A stretch of DNA of 62,379 nucleotides, counting the filler, from Babesia bigemina (lineage: Eukaryota), in NCBI RefSeq assembly GCF_000981445.1. It is 11 parts of 11 records of this genome, joined end to end, with 100 filler letters (N's around TTAATTAATTAA, not from the genome) between each part and the next. Parts side by side here need not be neighbours in the genome. Positions count along the whole stretch, not along the records: positions 47,401 to 55,624 come from NW_012237056.1; positions 55,725 to 57,729 come from NW_012237057.1; positions 57,830 to 60,151 come from NW_012237058.1; positions 60,252 to 62,379 come from NW_012237059.1; 7 more parts are not named here. One strand, written 5' to 3'. Each line of letters begins with the position of its first letter. The first letter of the stretch is position 1. Below are positions 54,053 to 62,379 of this stretch, piece by piece. The notes under the pieces are model-generated. The model was not told the DNA's origin. It did no database searches and saw only the letters and a list, made by a program, of their open reading frames with translations. A program made the translations under genes and the position numbers.

Positions 54053-55610
54053 GGGATGTAGAGTGGATTAGGGAGCGATGTAGAGTGGATAAAGGGGCGA
54101 TGTAGAGTGGGTAAGGGGCGATGTAGAGTGGATAAAGGGGCGATGTAGAGTGGGTTAAGGAGCGATGTAGAGTGGATAAAGGAGCGATGTAGAGTGGGTA
54201 AAGGGGCGATGTAGAGTGGATAAAGGGGCGATGTAGAGTGGGTAGAGGAGCGATGTAGAGTGGGTTAGGGAGCGATGTAGAGTGGATAGAGGAGCGATGT
54301 AGAGTGGATAAAGGGCGACGTAGAGTGGATAAAGGAGCGATGTAGAGTGGATAAAGGGCGATGTAGAGTGGATAAAGGGGCGATGTAGAGTGGATAAAGG
54401 GGCGATGTGGAGTGGGTAAAGGAGCGATGTGGAGTGGATAAGGGAGCGATGTAGAGTCCGTCAAGGGGCGATGTAGAGTGGATAAAGGGGCGATGTAGAG
54501 TGGGTTAAGGGGCGATGTAGAGTGGATTAGGGAGCGATGGAGAGTGGGTAAGGGAGCGATGTAGAGTGGATAAGGGGCGATGTAGAGTGGATAAAGGGGC
54601 GATGTGGAGTGGGTTAAGGAGCGATGTGGAGTGGGTTAAGGGGCGATGTAGAGTGGATAAGGAGCGATGTAGAGTGGGTTAGGGAGCGATGTGGAGTGGG
54701 TTAAGGGGCGATGTAGAGTGGGTTAAGGGGCGATGTAGAGTGGGTAAAGGGGCGATGTGGAGTGATTAAGGGAGCGATGTGGAGTGGATAAGGGAGCGAT
54801 GTAGAGTGGGTAAGGGAGCGATGTAGAGTGGATAGAGGGGCGATGTAGAGTGGGTTAAGGGGCGATGTAGAGTGGATAAAGGGGCGATGTAGAGTGGGTT
54901 AGGGAGCGATGTAGAGTGGGTTAGGGAGCGATGTAGAGTGGATCAAGGGGCGATGTAGAGTGGATAAAGGAGCGATGTGGAGTGGATAAAGGGGCGATGT
55001 AGAGTGGGTAGAGGAGCGATGTGGAGTGGGTAGAGGAGCGATGTGGAGTGGATTAGGGAGCGATGTAGAGTGGATAAGGGGCGATGTAGAGTGGGTAAAG
55101 GAGCGATGTAGAGTGGGTAAAGGGGCGATGTAGAGTGGGTTAAGGGGCGATGTAGGGTGGGTTAAGGAGCGATGTAGAGTGGATAAAGGAGCGATGTAGA
55201 GTGGGTTAAGGGGCGATGTAGAGTGAGTTAGGGAGCGATGTAGAGTGGGTAAGGGAGCGATGTAGAGTGGATAAAGGAGCGATGTGGAGTGGATAGAAGA
55301 GCGATTAGAGGAGGTTAAGGGGCGATGTAGAGTGGGTTAGGGAGCGATGTAGAGTGGGTAAGGAGCGATGTAGAGTGGGTAAAGGAGCGATGTGGAGTGG
55401 GTTAAGGAGCGATGTAGAGTGGATAAGGGGCGATGTAGAGTGGGTTAGGGAGCGATGTAGAGTGGGTAAGGAGCGATGTAGAGTGGGTAAAGGAGCGATG
55501 TGGAGTGGGTTAAGGAGCGATGTAGAGTGGATAAGGGGCGATGAAGGGTGAGTTAGGGAGCGATGTAGAGTGAGTTAAAGGGCGATGTGAGTGATAAGGG
55601 GCGATTAGGA
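54053..55610 (+). repeat. 22-bp G-rich tandem array, >1.5 kb (cut by gap)
   Basis: Directly visible. Confidence 0.97.
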
Positions 55611-55624
55611 TGATGTCGTCTTTT

Positions 55625-55724
55625 NNNNNNNNNNNNNNNNNNNNNNNNNNNNNNNNNNNNNNNNNNNNTTAATTAATTAANNNNNNNNNNNNNNNNNNNN
55701 NNNNNNNNNNNNNNNNNNNNNNNN
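55625..55724. other. Assembly gap with linker
   Basis: N-TTAATTAATTAA-N. Confidence 0.98.
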
Positions 55725-56700
55725 TTAACGGTTGCGGATTTTCGCAGATCTCAGATTGTCTACTCTGGCAACCGGGTCTACTATGTCACGCATGGGTTGT
55801 TGCATAATCTGGGGGTTGCTCGCGGATAAGTATGCTTCGAAATTTGTGCTTGGTGGCGGACTGTTACTGATGGGCGCGGCTTCTATTTTGCTTAATTCTG
55901 CATCGCACTACTAGATGGAGAGTTGTCCTTATTACTATATATCCTCCCGCAGCATTGGGTTCTTGCGATTCTTGCACGGATTCTGATTCGCCTGCCTATA
56001 CCCGGCGTCACAAAAGATCGTTTCCTATTCATCTGACTCGAAGGAAGCCCAAGAGCAAGCCTAACCAAGCTTGCCAAGTGCGGGTTCCCCTAGCGTAATT
56101 AGAACGCTGGGAAGCAGCCAGCAAGAGCTCTGTACTGATTCTCAGAAGTCAGATAAGAAAAAACAATCAAATGAAGCCAGCGAGAAGTTCACGGCTCTTC
56201 AGAGCTCTAGATTGCGTTGGACGATTAATAAGCGCAGTCGTAACTACGCTCATTGCACGCCAAATATTGTTGCGATATTATGGTTGGCGTACTTCCTACG
56301 TTGTTTTGGGATACGTGTGGATACTGTTCGGTATAGCCATTTTATTTGGCTTGGTTTTAGACACATCGTGTAATAAAAACAAGGATAATACACAAAATGA
56401 CAGTTTCATGGAGCGCATACCTAAGGCCTTTCAGGAAGTATTTACGAATCCAACAGCAGCGATTTCCATATTTACAATTTTCATCGCAGAAGCCCCAATG
56501 TGCGCGTTTAATTATATGACCATATATCTCCAATATTTGGGAGTGTCTGACACTATGGCAGGCGTAGCGATTGCAGTTACACTGATAGGTGGCGCAGCTG
56601 GAAGTGGAGCGGGGGGTGAAATTATAAATGCAATTACGAAGGTTAATGCTAATTATGTCGGAACTTGGTTCTGGGCTTGTAGTAATGGCTGTATAACTGA
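55725..56700 (+). CDS. Major facilitator superfamily transporter, internal fragment
   Basis: IWGLLADKY (MFS motif A-like), YGWRTSYVVLG and multiple TM helices; low-quality frameshifts. Confidence 0.75.
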
Positions 56701-56724
56701 CTGTACGTCGACCACTAATCCAAT

Positions 56725-57710
56725 CAACGTCGCCCCTATACCCACTCTACAGCGACCCTTAAGCCACTCCACATCGCCCCTTTACCCACTCTACATCGCC
56801 CCTTTATCCACTCTACATCGCCCCTTAACCCACTCTACATCGCCCCTTAACCCACTTTACATCGCTCCTTAACCCACTCCACATCGCTCCTTGACCCACA
56901 CTACATCGCCCCTTTATCCACTCCACATCGCTCCCTAACCCACTCTACATCGCTCCCTTACCCACTCTACATCGCTGCTTAACCCACTCTACATCGCTCC
57001 CTAACCCACTCTACATCGCCCCTTAAACCCACTCTACATCGCCCCTTTATCCACTCTACATCGCCCCTTTACCCACTCTACATCGCTCCCTAACCCACTC
57101 TACATCGCCCCTTAACCCACTCTACATCGCCCCTTAACCCACTCCACATCGCCCCTTTATCCACTCTACATCGCCCCTTTATCCACTCTACATCGCTCCT
57201 TAACCCACTCTACATCGCCCCTTATCCACTCCACATCGCTCCCTAACCCACTCCACATCGCCCCTTTATCCACTCCACATCGCCCCTTTACCCACTCTAC
57301 ATCGCCCCTTTACCCACTCTACATCGCCCCTTTACCCACTCTACATCGCCCCTTTATCCACCTTACATCGCCCCTTTATCCACCTTACATCGCCCCTTTA
57401 TCCACTCTGCATCGCCCCTTAACCCACTCTACATCGCCCCTTAACCCACTCTACATCGCCCCTTAACCCACTCTACATCGCCCCTTAACCCACACCACAC
57501 CGCTCCCTAACCCACTCTACATCGCTCCCTAACCCACTCTACATCGCCCCTTAACCCACTCTACATCGCTCCTTAATCCACTCCACATCCCTCCCTTACC
57601 CACTCTACATCGCTCCCTAACCCACTCCACATCGCTCCCTAACCCACTCTACATCGCTCCCTAACCCACTCTACATCGCTCCCTAATCAACTCTACATCG
57701 CCCCTACCCC
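56725..57710 (-). repeat. 22-bp array, C-rich on + strand
   Basis: Directly visible. Confidence 0.96.
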
Positions 57711-57729
57711 TCAGCAGACTGGAAAAAAT

Positions 57730-57829
57730 NNNNNNNNNNNNNNNNNNNNNNNNNNNNNNNNNNNNNNNNNNNNTTAATTAATTAANNNNNNNNNNNNNNN
57801 NNNNNNNNNNNNNNNNNNNNNNNNNNNNN
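57730..57829. other. Assembly gap with linker
   Basis: N-TAATTAA-type linker TTAATTAATTAA flanked by N. Confidence 0.98.
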
Positions 57830-58492
<663 letters not shown>

Positions 58493-58767
58493 TTAAGCCA
58501 GCCCCGACACCCGCCAACACCCGCTGACGCGCCCTGACGGGCTTGTCTGCTCCCGGCATCCGCTTACAGACAAGCTGTGACCGTCTCCGGGAGCTGCATG
58601 TGTCAGAGGTTTTCACCGTCATCACCGAAACGCGCGAGACGAAAGGGCCTCGTGATACGCCTATTTTTATAGGTTAATGTCATGATAATAATGGTTTCTT
58701 AGACGTCAGGTGGCACTTTTCGGGGAAATGTGCGCGGAACCCCTATTTGTTTATTTTTCTAAATACA

Positions 58768-58796
58768 TTCAAATATGTATCCGCTCATGAGACAAT
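58768..58796 (+). promoter_or_regulatory. bla P3 promoter (vector)
   Basis: -35 TTCAAA at 58768 and -10 GACAAT at 58791. Confidence 0.88.
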
Positions 58797-58825
58797 AACC
58801 CTGATAAATGCTTCAATAATATTGA

Positions 58826-59698
<873 letters not shown>

Positions 59699-59868
59699 CT
59701 GTCAGACCAAGTTTACTCATATATACTTTAGATTGATTTAAAACTTCATTTTTAATTTAAAAGGATCTAGGTGAAGATCCTTTTTGATAATCTCATGACC
59801 AAAATCCCTTAACGTGAGTTTTCGTTCCACTGAGCGTCAGACCCCGTAGAAAAGATCAAAGGATCTTC

Positions 59869-60127
59869 TTGAGATCCTTTTTTTCTGCGCGTAATCTGCT
59901 GCTTGCAAACAAAAAAACCACCGCTACCAGCGGTGGTTTGTTTGCCGGATCAAGAGCTACCAACTCTTTTTCCGAAGGTAACTGGCTTCAGCAGAGCGCA
60001 GATACCAAATACTGTTCTTCTAGTGTAGCCGTAGTTAGGCCACCACTTCAAGAACTCTGTAGCACCGCCTACATACCTCGCTCTGCTAATCCTGTTACCA
60101 GTGGCTGCTGCCAGTGGCGATAAGTCG
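59869..60127 (+). other. pMB1/ColE1 origin, 5' part (vector)
   Basis: TTGAGATCCTTTTTTTCTGCGCGTAATCTGCTGCTTGCAAAC... Confidence 0.93.
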
Positions 60128-60151
60128 GTCTACCGGTGATCAGCGCTCGCC

Positions 60152-60251
60152 NNNNNNNNNNNNNNNNNNNNNNNNNNNNNNNNNNNNNNNNNNNNTTAAT
60201 TAATTAANNNNNNNNNNNNNNNNNNNNNNNNNNNNNNNNNNNNNNNNNNNN
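60152..60251. other. Assembly gap with linker
   Basis: N-TTAATTAATTAA-N. Confidence 0.98.
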
Positions 60252-60280
60252 AAGCCCACCATATGCATCCCTGTATGCAA

Positions 60281-61558
60281 TCACAACTTAGGAGCCCTTC
60301 GTTGCAAAATTTCAGCGTTTTTTCTTATTGTTGCATATCTATCACCATAATTCTCCTCATCCAACCTCTCCAAAAGTTTCTCACACTTTTTAATACCCGC
60401 ATTTACGATTCTCATGGCTGCTTCACTCCAACTTGCCAAATTGCTCTTCACCTGTGCTAACGCCTTCTCAACCGCAGAAATGCTCTTCTTGATTTCGGCA
60501 AACGCCTTCTTCAATGTCTCGTCAAGCGCATTAATTTGATTGCGTATTTCTGTGTACACATTTAATCTTAATGTACTGAATCTCTCTTCCACTTTTTTCC
60601 CCAACCTCCTAAGTTGGTCGACGTCCCTATTCGCTGAATCATTCAAATTGTTAACCGCCGTCTTTATTTTTTCAAAATCATTCGTAACCTTCGTTTTCAA
60701 CGGTGTATCAAGTTCATTTATTGCCGACTCTGCTGACTTAATTAGCGCAGTAAGTCCATCAGTAACTACGTCCTTCCACTGTGCAACCACATCCTCGTAC
60801 TTCTTGGTAGTCAGTGAATCCTGCAAGTTCCTGATATTTTTATCAATTTGAGATTGCAATGCATATAACGTACCATTGGAATTGTTTTCCACAACTGCAT
60901 TGATTCTTCTGTTAACCTCAGCATCATAGTAACCAAGCACGGCACCTATGTTACTCAATGCCAGACAAAATTCATGCGGGCCTTTATACATTTTTTTATT
61001 TATTTCTTGCGGTAATTTATTTAAATGGCCGTTTACATCATAAGTTATCACTTCATTTTCGTTTTTCACCGCACCAAGCACACCACTCAAAAATCCCATC
61101 ACTGCATCACACAGCCTATCCAGGTCAGAGTACACTATCCCAGAGCCGTCGTAGCCTTTTGATTTCGGGTCGAAGCCGAGGAAAGTTTCGAGGCCGTCAC
61201 AAAGATTTGTTAAAAGATTTTTGCAATTCTCTTCTTTAGTCAATCCAGTAAGACTTTCTTCAAGCTTTTTAAGCTGATCCAACCTGGACTCAATGTCCTT
61301 ATAAGCCTGGGACGTGGGATAGTCCTTGTGCTTAGCTTGACACTTAGTTAAGCAATCTTTAAGGACACTTAAATTAAGATTTTCTTTGACAAGTTCTTGA
61401 CTTGATTTTCCAGCATTTTCAGGTTTTTCAGTTTTCTTAATCTGTGACTGGTAGTACTGACAGTAAGTCTCCTTATCAGAGTATTTGAAGGGGCAAGAAA
61501 GGGAGTTGGAATCTTCTGTGATTTTGGGGGAAACTTTGAGAAACGTGTTTTCTCGGGT
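60281..61558 (-). CDS. ves1: VESA1-like antigen, N-terminal-region fragment
   Basis: Frame is open upstream of the ORF-track start (SLSCPFKYSDKETYCQYY..DIESRLDQLKKL); contains LCDGLETFLGF..GIVYSDLDRLCDAVMGFLSGVLGAVKNENEV. Confidence 0.85.
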   Translation of the reverse strand, partial: TRENTFLKVSPKITEDSNSLSCPFKYSDKETYCQYYQSQIKKTEKPENAGKSSQELVKENLNLSVLKDCLTKCQAKHKDYPTSQAYKDIESRLDQLKKLEESLTGLTKEENCKNLLTNLCDGLETFLGFDPKSKGYDGSGIVYSDLDRLCDAVMGFLSGVLGAVKNENEVITYDVNGHLNKLPQEINKKMYKGPHEFCLALSNIGAVLGYYDAEVNRRINAVVENNSNGTLYALQSQIDKNIRNLQDSLTTKKYEDVVAQWKDVVTDGLTALIKSAESAINELDTPLKTKVTNDFEKIKTAVNNLNDSANRDVDQLRRLGKKVEERFSTLRLNVYTEIRNQINALDETLKKAFAEIKKSISAVEKALAQVKSNLASWSEAAMRIVNAGIKKCEKLLERLDEENYGDRYATIRKNAEILQRRAPKL

Positions 61559-61690
61559 TTATCACAGAAAGGAAATTTTTCCGATGTCACTGGGGGGTGT
61601 ATTGAAGGCCAAAAGTGCGGAATTAAAGCGGCAACATCGCGAGGCGAAAGGCGGCCACACAGGCGCGCTGGATAGACGAACAAGGTACCA

Positions 61691-62379
61691 ATGGAGAGCT
61701 CACAAGAAGTGCAGCTGAGCAGTCAAATCGATGAGGACGGAGACCTCATGGTTATTGACGTGGACGTCCCCGATGGGATGGACATCGATGCTCCGCTTGC
61801 CACCGTGGGGCGCCGAGAGTGTCGGCAACCCGAAAGGCGGCATGAATCCAGAAAACCGGTACAAAGCGGTGTTCAGGGCCCTAAAGGTAAACCCACAAAT
61901 TCGAAGGGGGCCGGCCGTGGCGGCGAAAGCCGGCCAATCCCGCAGGCAAGCCGGAAACGACACCAGCCCGGAACCACTCCGGCTGTGAAGGGCGCTGGAA
62001 ACAAAGCGCGGAACGGCGGTCCCCAGGGCCAAAAGGGTAACAACCGGAAGGCCAAAAAGACAGGAAACACGGCTCAAACGCCGCCTGTCGTGGTTTGCAA
62101 CGCCGGGCCGAGTTCCTCGGAACGCGCACCCGTGTGTGTGCAGACACTGTCTACCCTGCAGCCACCGGCAGGGGAGGTTGTCGGAAACGGTGGCTGCCGC
62201 TCTCCGGCCGTGTGTTCCATCTCCTGTGCGTGCTTCAGTGAAATGAACGGTAAGCTGAAACCGCATGCACGGTCGCGCTCTATGCGGCAACCTAACACCG
62301 CGACGGTATCAGGGCGTTTGCAACCGGCACTGCAATACATCGCCACTCATACAGTAAGCGATGGCGCCCACCGCCTCCT
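61691..62379 (+). CDS. Hypothetical low-complexity protein, open to window end (absent from ORF track)
   Basis: Translated by hand: MESSQEVQLSSQIDEDGDLMVIDVDVPDGMDID.. with no stop in ~229 codons. Confidence 0.45.
   Translation, partial: MESSQEVQLSSQIDEDGDLMVIDVDVPDGMDIDAPLATVGRRECRQPERRHESRKPVQSGVQGPKGKPTNSKGAGRGGESRPIPQASRKRHQPGTTPAVKGAGNKARNGGPQGQKGNNRKAKKTGNTAQTPPVVVCNAGPSSSERAPVCVQTLSTLQPPAGEVVGNGGCRSPAVCSISCACFSEMNGKLKPHARSRSMRQPNTATVSGRLQPALQYIATHTVSDGAHRL

Overview
Eukaryotic parasite DNA, almost certainly a Babesia sensu stricto piroplasm (B. bigemina/B. ovata-like; inferred from protein families, not from a search). The window is 11 draft contigs joined by 100-nt N gaps that carry a TTAATTAATTAA stop linker, so adjacency across gaps means nothing. 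Most contigs come from ves (VESA1-like variant surface antigen) loci: two ~1,830-1,890-codon open frames plus seven fragments. One 18.5-kb contig carries housekeeping genes: an OZ1/VAR3-like protein, VPS18, a Myb-like hypothetical, SNAPC3, RPL27, an ISP-family protein, a tepsin-like protein and a short ves gene, several with frameshifts that are probably sequencing errors. There is also a duplicated falcilysin 5' fragment, an MFS fragment and 1.9 kb of pUC19 vector (blaTEM-116). The main discovery candidate is a fixed-order, fixed-polarity cassette between ves genes. In transcription order it runs: ves stop, 24-bp hairpin array, ~500-bp conserved block, 75-bp array in which the units contain a 34-35-nt GT-AG mini-intron, a small hypervariable Cys-rich membrane-protein gene, duplicated TM tails, 12-bp and 20-bp arrays, a telomere-like 22-bp G-rich array, and a conserved ATG leader that is out of frame or stop-blocked at all five ves 5' ends where it is seen.
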